Below are positions 55,532 through 64,000 of a stretch of 64,000 nucleotides of DNA, in pieces. The stretch is from an uncultured Candidatus Micrarchaeota archaeon. Its GTDB lineage: Archaea; Micrarchaeota; Micrarchaeia; Anstonellales; Bilamarchaeaceae. The position numbers and the translations under genes are program-made. Positions within the stretch are counted from its first letter, which is position 1, and each line of letters starts with the position of its first letter. A model generated the notes under the pieces. It ran no database searches. It had not been told where the DNA came from and worked only from the letters and a program-made list of their open reading frames with translations. The stretch lies in NCBI GenBank assembly GCA_963714085.1, contig OY970229.1, positions 384,001-448,000 of the forward strand, in the 5' to 3' direction.

Positions 55532-57316
55532 CTACCTGATTTTTTGGGGGATGACCCCGCGCTGGAACTTGTTGGATTCGACGTCATAGGTCACGTTTCT
55601 TATTTTCCCGTTTTTTTCTAAATCGTATGTTGACAGGCTGCTGGGTACGGTCGGCGCGAACAAGTCCGCTCCCCAGACCCTGGAGAGCAGCGCTCCGATG
55701 GATTTCTCGTCTTGCCCGGTCGAGCAGGATTCCAAGATGACGGTCGGCTTATCTACGAAATATTGCTTGACCGCGGCCAGCTTGGGGCCGTCCGTGAGGT
55801 CGAGCGTGTTCTCGTCCCTCAATGGGCTGAGTGGGGGTTTGCCAAGGAGTATCCGATCCGGTGATCCGTGCCCGGCTATCAGCATCGTGTCTATCTTTCC
55901 ATAATCGCCGGACATCTCCTTGATTCTCGCGTAGACCTCCTTATCGGAGTTGACCTCGACTACGACCACGTTGTAATATTTCATGAGGGATTCCAATTGC
56001 CCTCCGACACGGTAAAAGGCGCCGGGCGGATCGCTTTTACTGAAGACGGCGAGCAGCACCGGCTTGCTGTTCGCGACCTTGTTGCTCATGTCCTCGAGCT
56101 GTTTTTTGGAATACCTGCCGAAATACTCTATTCCGAACTTGCGGTTCAGAAGTTTTGTTTTCTCCTCGCCTATCGTGGCTATCCCATAGGCGAAGTTCGC
56201 GCACACCTCCACGCTGGATTTCGGTATGCCGAGCGAGGATGCGAGCTTTTGCGCCTTCGGATAATGGTCTATGTATCTCACAACCAATTCGATGAACTCG
56301 TACGGAGGAGTCGGCGCCTTGCCCGCTGATTCAAGAGGTGCGAACAAGGGGAACGCTTCTTTGGCGTATTCCCTTATCTTCCTGAACGCATCCACCACTG
56401 CCTGCGGATTCTGGAGGAACAGACGCACTATGCCTTTATCCGGCCGGGGATCCTGGAATGCCTTGAAGACATAGCCGGTCAGGCGCGCGGCGCTTTTGGA
56501 GATTTCCACGAACTCGTTCGGGTAGCGGACGAACAATCCGGCAATCTCTGCCAGTTCCTCAAAGGCGTTGGTGGCCCTGTCGCGGGTCCGGATGTCGTCG
56601 CCCCCGGAGGAATGTTTTATTGATTTGAATGAATCGAGCAGAAGCCGCTTGTTTTTGTCAAGCATGGGGCCGAACCGGGTAAGCGCGCCCAGGATGGCTG
56701 GGGTGGCTTCGCCCGCATAGCCGCACATCTCCACGACCGCATCCATGTGCTTGACGAATATTTTCGCTATTACCGGATTGGCGAGGTTCGCGAAGGCCTC
56801 CACCCTCCGCTCGGCTGCCCGGGCGGAGATGGCTTTCTCTTCAGGAAGCATGAACTCTTTCGGGATCGTGGAGATTCCGCCGATGCAATCCGAGATGCGC
56901 CTGAACGCGCCCAATACCGCCTTCGGATCCTTGACGAACGCATCGCCGAGCTCGGTCTTCTCGAGCGCGTCGAACGCCCCGCCGTCTGCACTGTTCCCCC
57001 TGCCGCCTTCCCTCACGTACTCAGCCATTTTCATAAGCGTATTGGCGGTCTGCTCCGGCTTTTCCACGAACGCCTTCGCGATCTTCTCGTTCCTGAGGAC
57101 CTTGAAAGCGAACTCCCATCCGGTGAAGTTTATCGCGTAGTCCTTGTGCTCCTGGGCGTGCTTTCTTATCTTGGCAGCTGCCGCAACGACCTCTTCGAGC
57201 TTTTTCGGGTCTTTTGATTTGACGATGAGGTTGACGACGGTATCCGGAATGCCCTTCCCGAGCCTTTGCTTGACATAAGCGGAATCGAATTCCTGTTTTG
57301 CGACTTGAGAGGCCAT
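55532..57316 (-). CDS. Hypothetical protein: helical repeats plus C-terminal caspase-fold (clan CD)-like domain
   Basis: MLIAGHGSP and VILESCSTG motifs; N-terminal repeated FVxxP helices. Confidence 0.65.
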   Translation of the reverse strand: MASQVAKQEFDSAYVKQRLGKGIPDTVVNLIVKSKDPKKLEEVVAAAAKIRKHAQEHKDYAINFTGWEFAFKVLRNEKIAKAFVEKPEQTANTLMKMAEYVREGGRGNSADGGAFDALEKTELGDAFVKDPKAVLGAFRRISDCIGGISTIPKEFMLPEEKAISARAAERRVEAFANLANPVIAKIFVKHMDAVVEMCGYAGEATPAILGALTRFGPMLDKNKRLLLDSFKSIKHSSGGDDIRTRDRATNAFEELAEIAGLFVRYPNEFVEISKSAARLTGYVFKAFQDPRPDKGIVRLFLQNPQAVVDAFRKIREYAKEAFPLFAPLESAGKAPTPPYEFIELVVRYIDHYPKAQKLASSLGIPKSSVEVCANFAYGIATIGEEKTKLLNRKFGIEYFGRYSKKQLEDMSNKVANSKPVLLAVFSKSDPPGAFYRVGGQLESLMKYYNVVVVEVNSDKEVYARIKEMSGDYGKIDTMLIAGHGSPDRILLGKPPLSPLRDENTLDLTDGPKLAAVKQYFVDKPTVILESCSTGQDEKSIGALLSRVWGADLFAPTVPSSLSTYDLEKNGKIRNVTYDVESNKFQRGVIPQKIR

Positions 57317-57320
57317 GGCG

Positions 57321-57734
57321 TCATTCCCCGATGACTTTTATCAGCACCCTCTTCTTCCTCTGGCCGTCGAACTCGCAGTAGAATACCTGCTCCCATGGCC
57401 CGAGGTCCAGCTTTCCGTCCGTTATTGGCATCACGACCTGGTGTCCCATGAGCTGGCGCCAGATGTGCGATGCTGCGTTGTCCTCCCCGGTGTCGTTGTG
57501 GCGGTAATAAGCCTCATAGGGCACGAGCCGCTCGAGGATCGCGAGATAATCCTTCTGCAAGCCGGGTTCGTCGTCGTTCACGATGACCGCGGCGGTTATG
57601 TGCATGGGATTGACCAGCACGAGGCCGTCCTTTACCCCGGATTTCGAGACCGCGTCTTGCACCCTGTCGGTTATGCGGACGAATTCGAGCCGCGCGCGTG
57701 TCTCCATAGCGAGGTATTCGGTTCTCGTTTTCAT
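57321..57734 (-). CDS. yjbQ: YjbQ/UPF0047 family protein
   Basis: HITAAVIVND, YRHNDTGEDNAASH, LGPWEQVFYCEFDG. Confidence 0.92.
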   Translation of the reverse strand: MKTRTEYLAMETRARLEFVRITDRVQDAVSKSGVKDGLVLVNPMHITAAVIVNDDEPGLQKDYLAILERLVPYEAYYRHNDTGEDNAASHIWRQLMGHQVVMPITDGKLDLGPWEQVFYCEFDGQRKKRVLIKVIGE

Positions 57735-57769
57735 AAGTATTTTATTGCTGTGGGGGCTTAATAAAACTG

Positions 57770-59030
57770 ATGAAACCGACGATAGCCATAGAGACCTACG
57801 GCTGCACCATGAACCAGGCGGATTCGGACACGATAGAGGCTATACTCGAAGGCCTCGGATACCAGCCCGGCCGGACGGATGACGCGGACGTGCTCATCCT
57901 CAACACCTGCACGGTGAAAGGCCCGACTGAGAACAAGATACTGGAGCGGATAAAGAGGCTCGGCTCCCTCCATAGGAAGCTGGTCGTGGCCGGCTGCATG
58001 GCAGCCAGTGCGGCCAAGCTGCGGAGATTCACCGGCGCGCCCATAGTCTGGCCAGGAGCGATACACAGGATCGGCGACGCGGTCGAGGACGCGCTCTGCG
58101 GCCAGGCGACTGAGTACAAGGAGCCCGGCAGGAAGGACGGCCTGCCTTTCCTGGTGACAAAACCGATAATGCGGCTCGCCATAGCCGAGGGCTGCACCGG
58201 CGCCTGCACCTATTGCCAGACCAAACTGGCCAGGCCCGGGCTGCGGAGCATGAGCCCGCAGGTGGTCCTCTCGCGTATCGAGCAGGGCGTGCGGCAGGGG
58301 GCCAAGGAGGTCCAGATCAGCGCCATGGACACCGGCGCCTACGGGCTGGACATCAAGAGCGACCTTCCGGCCCTCCTGGGCTGCGTGAACCGAATGGAGG
58401 GCGGCTTCATGGTCAGGGTCGGCATGATAAACCCGGACCATTGCCTGAGGATGAAGGACGCGCTGCTCGAAGAGTTCAAGGGCCCGCGGTTGTACAAGTT
58501 CCTGCATGTCCCGGTCCAGTCAGGCAGCGAGCGGGTGGTGAGGGACATGGGGAGGAAGCACAGCGTCGCTGATTTCGAATCCGTGGTCGCGGGCTTCAGG
58601 GATGCCATCCCGGACCTGGCCATAGCGACGGACGTCATCGTCGGCTATCCGACCGAGACCGAAGAGGATTTCCAGGACACCATCAGGATGCTGGAGCGGG
58701 TGAAGCCGGATGTCACCAACCTGTCAAAGTTCAGCCCCAGGCCCGGAACCAGGGCTAAGGAGCTGAAGCAGCTGGACAGCGGCGAGGTTAAGAGGCGCAG
58801 CCTGGCGGTGGCGCCGCTGGTGCGGAGGATCTGCGCAGAGAGGAACCAGGCGCTCGTGGGAAGGGAGTTCGAACGTGCTCATCACAGAAAGGCAGCGCGA
58901 TTTCACCGGCCGGACCCCGTCTTACAAGCAGGTCGTTGTGAAGGGAGCGGATTGCACGCTCGGCCAAGTGCTGAGGATGAGGATCACGCGGGCGAACCAC
59001 GGCTCGCTTTTCGGGGAGCCCGTTGATTAG
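57770..59030 (+). CDS. mtaB: MiaB-like (e-MtaB/CDKAL1-type) tRNA methylthiotransferase, frameshifted near 58873
   Basis: ETYGCTMN, LNTCTVK, VAGC, CTGACTYC radical-SAM motif, HVPVQSGS. The TRAM-like domain continues in the +1 frame to TAG 59030. Confidence 0.88.
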
Positions 59031-59033
59031 CAT

Positions 59034-59561
59034 TTACCTGTAGACATAGACTTCCAGCGTGACCAGGTGATCCGGATTATTCGTATCCGAAGTGACCAGC
59101 GTGGCGACCCTTGTTATCTTGGCGACTTCGTCCTTGTTGTCGGAGAATCCGGACACGGTCGGGTCATCACCGAGTTTATAGACCGTCTTGTCGATCTGGT
59201 CCGTGACCACTATGGACACGTTGTAGGGAGAGTCGAGGTACGTCTTGAGCTGGTCCGGCGAGAACTTGTCGGCTACGGCGCAGTTTAGCACCGAACCGTT
59301 TATCCTCTGGTCGCTCCATGACGAGGCGAACCCGAGCTGTTTGAATCCATTCGTACAGTCCCCGGCCGGCGGCTGGAAAAGCATGTCCGAGATGTGCGAC
59401 GCGCTCTGGCTCAGGTCATTAGTCTGGTAATCCAGGTACGTCCTCACGCTGTTCCAATAGGAGAGCAGCATGATAAGGGTAAGCACGAATATCACTGTAG
59501 CCACTATCGCATCGAAGCTGAAATACTGGCCTTTCCGGTAACCGTGCAAGCGGATCATCAT
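59034..59561 (-). CDS. Pilin-like protein (class III signal peptide)
   Basis: RKGQYFSFDAIVATVIFVL. Confidence 0.8.
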   Translation of the reverse strand: MMIRLHGYRKGQYFSFDAIVATVIFVLTLIMLLSYWNSVRTYLDYQTNDLSQSASHISDMLFQPPAGDCTNGFKQLGFASSWSDQRINGSVLNCAVADKFSPDQLKTYLDSPYNVSIVVTDQIDKTVYKLGDDPTVSGFSDNKDEVAKITRVATLVTSDTNNPDHLVTLEVYVYR

Positions 59562-60049
59562 GAAGCACCGTTGGATATTTTGAGTACACTGCCGTCGTTG
59601 CTGAGCGTGAGGATGTCGGAGCAGCCCGGCGCGGAGCTATCGAACACGTAGACGCTGCCCACCGTATCCGGGGATGTGACGGCCGTTATGCAGTTTCCGA
59701 ATGCATAATTGTAATAAGGAAGGGCGTAGGACTGGCTGAAGTTGCCGTAGGTGCCCTGCCAGTCAAGGACCATGACGTGCTCGTTCGGGGAGAACTTGAG
59801 CGTGTAGGGGCTTTGCATTATGGTCCTGGGGAAGGTGTAGTTGTACGTGAACCCGTTCCCGTTCTGGACCGCCATGGCTATGGACGAGGCGAACACCTGC
59901 CCGGTGTTCATTGCGATCGTCCCCTCGGTCTGCGGTATCTCGCTGCTCTCCACCGTGCTGATCACGAAGTACGCGGCTATGGCCATGAACAGGAACACGG
60001 AGACGTAGAGGAAGAACTCGGCCGCGACCTGGCCCTTGCGGCTAGCCAT
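59558..60049 (-). CDS. Pilin-like protein (class III signal peptide)
   Basis: RKGQVAAEFFLYVSVFL. Confidence 0.85.
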   Translation of the reverse strand: MASRKGQVAAEFFLYVSVFLFMAIAAYFVISTVESSEIPQTEGTIAMNTGQVFASSIAMAVQNGNGFTYNYTFPRTIMQSPYTLKFSPNEHVMVLDWQGTYGNFSQSYALPYYNYAFGNCITAVTSPDTVGSVYVFDSSAPGCSDILTLSNDGSVLKISNGAS

Positions 60050-60464
60050 TGATGATCACCTGGCCTCCCGAATTCGTGACGTTGAGGTCTATGAGCCCCG
60101 CCTTCCCGGTCAGCGTGGGCACGCCGGACACGTTGGCGAACACCGGCGCGGTACCGTCGTACTCCCCTGAGGACGTCTTTATGTCCACAACCACCTCGCC
60201 GTCGTTTATGGATATCTCCTGCGTGCTGGTGGGCGCGTTGAGCAGCACCACGCGCTTGGCACCGTCGCCCTGCGCGTAGACGTTGTTTATGCTGTCCGCG
60301 AGGGAGCGTGCGCTCGCATCGGCCTGGTCCTTGGCCGCCTTCTCGTAGCCGACCGAAGAGACCGAGAGCAGCAGGAAGACCACCGGGATGGTGAATGCTA
60401 TGACCACGCCTATGGTGATGAGCATCTCCATGGACGCCTGCCCGCGCATGTGTTTTGGAGCCAT
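60042..60464 (-). CDS. Pilin-like protein (class III signal peptide)
   Basis: MRGQASMEMLITIGVVIA. Confidence 0.85.
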   Translation of the reverse strand: MAPKHMRGQASMEMLITIGVVIAFTIPVVFLLLSVSSVGYEKAAKDQADASARSLADSINNVYAQGDGAKRVVLLNAPTSTQEISINDGEVVVDIKTSSGEYDGTAPVFANVSGVPTLTGKAGLIDLNVTNSGGQVIING

Positions 60465-62009
60465 TCATCCGCACCCCGACATGCCGTTGTTGCAGTCTAT
60501 CGGTCCGACCTGGTATGCGGTTACCGCATCCGGGCCCAGGCTGAATATGCCCGTATCAGGGGTATCGCTGCACATGAAGTCGTCCTTGCACCCTGGGAGG
60601 CCGCGTATCTTGATGCCCGAGACCTTGTTGAACATATCGTAGTCGACCCTGCTGTAGCCGTCGCCTATGCTGTTGTTCACATAGGTGCCTATCAGGAATG
60701 TGGATATCCCGTAAGTGCTGTCATTGTAGTGGTATGAATCGTTCAGGAGCCGCTGCATGTAGGACGGACCGTACGGGTCTGCGACGTAATAGCCGCACAT
60801 GGTGTAATCGCGCAGGCTCTCTATGTCGTATATCTGGGACTTCCTGCCTTTGCTCTCCGAATTTGGGAGATTGGCGCCTTCAGGCGTCGTGGCCATGATG
60901 AGCGCGCAGTGCTCCTGGGCGCCGGTGTTCAGGTCAGGGCAGGTCGGGGCCTTGGATATGTCGAAATCCGGCGCAATCACGAATGGCTTGTTCGTCGTGC
61001 TGCCAAAGCCTATGTTGCATGCGGCACCAGTATAGGTCAGCGGGTTGATCGTTTCGGTCTCGCTCTGGTAAGTGGGGCCTACGGATCCGTTCGGGTATAT
61101 CACGGTGCAGGGCGTGGTTTTTATCGGAGTGGTCACGATGTAGCCGCCGAAGCCCTGGAGATTGCTGACTACATCCGCATAGTCGCCGACGAGTATGTAG
61201 CCTCCCTGCTCAGCGGGTTTGATTGTGCTGGCATTGCTCGCACTGATTAGGTAGCCGTAGAGCCATCCCTGGCCCGCTGATCCGGAGGCGAGCAGGTTCG
61301 GGGCCAGGCTGGACGTGCCGGTGTAACCGCTGTAGAAGTAGAACCTCCTGCCGAGTATCTGGTACGGGCCGGCGGACGCCCGTGCGATCGCTGGGTCCGG
61401 CAGGCCGCTGATGTTCACCGAGCCGTTGATGTCGTACGACCTCGAGACTGATGTGGTGCCGGAGAAGTCCGCCATGCTGAGGTTCATCTTATACGAGTAG
61501 TTGAGCGTCTGTATGTCTCTCTGGGAGATGCTGAAATCGGATATCGTGAAGCCGTCCACGTACACCCCGACCGCGGACAGGGAGTTGTTCAGGCTCTCCA
61601 TCCACGCGGTTATGGAGGATGCAGGCTCGGAAGGCGCGGTCCCGCCCATGAAATCCGCCTTGTCAGGGCTGCCGTTCAGGAGCCATTGCCCGAATGCGGC
61701 CTTCACGTAGTACTTCTGGTCCCCGGGCACGGTGTTCAGCGGGTGGTCTATTGAGTAGTTGTTGAGCACGAACAGGCCGCGGTTCATCACCATGGAGGTT
61801 GCGGACTCGATCTTGGCCTGGGTTATCTGCTCCATGGCGAGCTCCACGTTGGACTCCTTGTACATCTCGGAATAGCCGCTCTCCGCGGTCTCTATGGATT
61901 TCACCCACACCGAGATGGAGAGCAGTATGTAGGTGAGGATGAGGAATATCGTGACCACGAAGAGGAATCCCTTCCTGTTGTCCGGCTGTCCCGATTTCTG
62001 CACCCTCAA
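60465..62009 (-). CDS. Large pilin-like protein (class III signal peptide)
   Basis: RKGFLFVVTIFLIL followed by an extracellular domain of about 480 aa; TTG start with GGTGA RBS. Confidence 0.75.
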   Translation of the reverse strand: MRVQKSGQPDNRKGFLFVVTIFLILTYILLSISVWVKSIETAESGYSEMYKESNVELAMEQITQAKIESATSMVMNRGLFVLNNYSIDHPLNTVPGDQKYYVKAAFGQWLLNGSPDKADFMGGTAPSEPASSITAWMESLNNSLSAVGVYVDGFTISDFSISQRDIQTLNYSYKMNLSMADFSGTTSVSRSYDINGSVNISGLPDPAIARASAGPYQILGRRFYFYSGYTGTSSLAPNLLASGSAGQGWLYGYLISASNASTIKPAEQGGYILVGDYADVVSNLQGFGGYIVTTPIKTTPCTVIYPNGSVGPTYQSETETINPLTYTGAACNIGFGSTTNKPFVIAPDFDISKAPTCPDLNTGAQEHCALIMATTPEGANLPNSESKGRKSQIYDIESLRDYTMCGYYVADPYGPSYMQRLLNDSYHYNDSTYGISTFLIGTYVNNSIGDGYSRVDYDMFNKVSGIKIRGLPGCKDDFMCSDTPDTGIFSLGPDAVTAYQVGPIDCNNGMSGCG

Positions 62010-62013
62010 TCAC

Positions 62014-62625
62014 CTATATGAATATGGTAAGCCTCACGAGCCTGAAGCTCGGGGACGGCACGTAGACCCCGGCTCCTCCGATGCCTGCCGGCGCGTTGGA
62101 CGGGGAGCTCGAGCAGGTCAGCACAGGGCCGACCTGGCCTCCGTTGCAGGTCTCGTAAGTGAATGGATCCGGCGCGTCCTTGTTCGCCAGGTCATTGGGG
62201 TTCTGGAACACCACGACCTGGGATGACACGCTCATCTTCAGCTTCGTTCTCGCATGGCCGTCGTTCTGAGAGGACGTGTCGTAGAGTGGCGCCCAGGTCT
62301 GGCCGTTGTCCTGGCTGATTTCGAGCTTATAGCCGAATTGATCTGGCACCACGGCGCCGATGGAATTGCGGATGTTATCCTGGGAATCGGTCCCGAATAC
62401 GATGTTGTCCAGAATCGAGCTATGAGACAGGTTACAGGAGAATTGCGGCGTCACGCAGTCCGAGGTGGACAGCGAATATAGCGTGTCCTTGGTGAGGTAC
62501 TGCCCCTGGGTGAGCAGGTAGTAATACGACGACGGTATCGCCGAGAAGAATATCAGGGTGTAGATGGCGACAAGCGCCAGCGTGAAGGCTACGAAGGAGT
62601 CTAGGGAGAATATGAATGCCTTCAT
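62014..62625 (-). CDS. Pilin-like protein
   Basis: MKAFIFSLDSFVAFTLALV, a class III-like N-terminus. Confidence 0.75.
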   Translation of the reverse strand: MKAFIFSLDSFVAFTLALVAIYTLIFFSAIPSSYYYLLTQGQYLTKDTLYSLSTSDCVTPQFSCNLSHSSILDNIVFGTDSQDNIRNSIGAVVPDQFGYKLEISQDNGQTWAPLYDTSSQNDGHARTKLKMSVSSQVVVFQNPNDLANKDAPDPFTYETCNGGQVGPVLTCSSSPSNAPAGIGGAGVYVPSPSFRLVRLTIFI

Positions 62626-62699
62626 ATCAATCACTTTTGTTCACATATCATTTAAAACCATATGTTTTTTCTCATTTTCACCCACTTTAACACGCGGAT

Positions 62700-63653
62700 T
62701 CATTTGTAGTCCAACTGCGTCTGCTGGGCGTCCATGCCCGGCAGCTTGAACAGGGACAACGAGCCGAGAATGCCCCCGCTCGCATCGCCCTCGCTGGCAG
62801 TCACCGGCACGTCGCACACGCTTATCTGGGACGGGTCGCTGTACGATATGCCCGCCATGTCCGCGGCCTTCTTTATCGCATCCTGCTCTGTGCCGGTCCG
62901 GTCCACCAGTCCGACCTGCACGGCCTGGGTCCCCGAGAGGATCCTGCCGTCCAGCACCTGGGCGAAGAGCGCGGAATTGAGCCGGGTGCCGCGGTTCTGC
63001 ACCACGATGTGCTCGAACTCCTGGAACACCTGGGACACTATGGAGTATGTGATGTTGTAATCCTCGTCGCTGAGCGGCCGGGACATACTGCCTATCTCCT
63101 TTTCCTGCCCGGAGGCCACGCTCGTGACGTTGACCCCGACCTTCTCCAGCAGGCCGGACATGTCCGTGAAGGTCGTTACCACGCCTATGCTGCCCGTGAT
63201 CGCGTCGGGATCGGATATTATATAGTCGGTTCCGCTCGCCACGTAGTAGGCGCCGGACGCCGCCATCTCCCTGATATAGGATACCTTCGGCTTGTTCAGG
63301 CCCTTGACCGCGTTGTATACCTCGTGCGTGGCCACGACGTCACCGCCAGGCGAGTCGAACACGAAGACCACCGCGCCGACATCGTCCCGGCTGTCCAGGG
63401 CGTTTATGGCGGTCGCCAGGTCCATTGAGCTTGGCACTCCGGCGCTTAGCAGCGAGGGCGCTTGGCCCTGCGTTGTCAGTTCCGTGTCGATGTGCACCAC
63501 CGCAACGCACCTGCCCATGAAGGACGGAAGCAGCGAGGTCGCCGCGATGAAGATCAATATCAGCACCACGAAAATTGCCGCGAGGAGCAGCGCGGTCTTG
63601 AGGATATGAGGCGTGTTTCGCTCCTGCTTTTCAAATTTCCGTTGCGGTTCCAT
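62700..63653 (-). CDS. sppA: Signal peptide peptidase SppA (S49)
   Basis: DSPGG, MAASGAYYVAS, ITGSIGV, GLVD; N-terminal TM segment. Confidence 0.93.
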   Translation of the reverse strand: MEPQRKFEKQERNTPHILKTALLLAAIFVVLILIFIAATSLLPSFMGRCVAVVHIDTELTTQGQAPSLLSAGVPSSMDLATAINALDSRDDVGAVVFVFDSPGGDVVATHEVYNAVKGLNKPKVSYIREMAASGAYYVASGTDYIISDPDAITGSIGVVTTFTDMSGLLEKVGVNVTSVASGQEKEIGSMSRPLSDEDYNITYSIVSQVFQEFEHIVVQNRGTRLNSALFAQVLDGRILSGTQAVQVGLVDRTGTEQDAIKKAADMAGISYSDPSQISVCDVPVTASEGDASGGILGSLSLFKLPGMDAQQTQLDYK

Positions 63654-63706
63654 GGTGGAAGAATCAACGCTACTAAATAAAAAGGTTGGTGAGGGAAAAA
63701 CACCCC

Positions 63707-64000
63707 ATGGCGGATTTTCTGAGCCTCGTGCTGTTCCTGCTGCCGATCTACATCGCCAACAGCGTACCGGTGCTGCTAGGAGGCGGGCTGAGACTGGACC
63801 TCGGCCTGGGCTTCTCCGACGGCAGGCCGCTGCTCGGCGAGGGCAAGACCCTGCGCGGCTTCGTCGCGGGCGTGGCCGGAGGCACGGTGGCGGCCGGACT
63901 GCTGGCTGCGCTCTATCCGCTGCAATGGTTCCCGACCCCGGGCTCGCAGTTCCTGGGTGGCGCGCTCATGGCGCTGGGCACCATGTGCGGGGATGCGGCC
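63707..64000 (+). CDS. carS: CDP-archaeol synthase, partial
   Basis: Manual translation: LPIYIANSVPVLLGGG...DGRPLLGEGKTLRGF...GTMCGD. Confidence 0.88.
   Translation, partial: MADFLSLVLFLLPIYIANSVPVLLGGGLRLDLGLGFSDGRPLLGEGKTLRGFVAGVAGGTVAAGLLAALYPLQWFPTPGSQFLGGALMALGTMCGDAA

Overview
GC-rich archaeal chromosomal segment with archaeal-type LeuRS, MetRS, MCM, Rps8e, DnaG, CarS, Trm1, TruD and ApgM. The gene set and pilin style suggest a DPANN lineage such as Micrarchaeota; this is an inference. Housekeeping genes flank a cell-surface locus of about 29 kb: pilin, two TadB/TadC-like membrane proteins, a Pro/Glu-rich protein, a VirB11/CpaF ATPase, three tandem giant beta-helix surface proteins (2541, 2237 and about 1784 aa), a wHTH-coiled-coil protein and a divergent tandem-wHTH protein. 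A second cluster of five class III signal-peptide (pilin-like) genes lies at 59-62.6 kb. The main unexplained signals are: (1) a promoter-led, highly structured putative ncRNA of about 365 nt with two tandem homologous hairpin domains (52979-53345); (2) a second structured element ahead of dnaG; (3) the modular, tandemly duplicated adhesin array, which retains a fossil duplication junction; (4) a 13-aa motif shared by the linkers of DnaG and a pilus-operon protein; (5) a clan CD-like protease ORFan; (6) a single-base frameshift in the TRAM domain of the tRNA methylthiotransferase. No rRNA, intact tRNA, CRISPR array or transposase was recognised.
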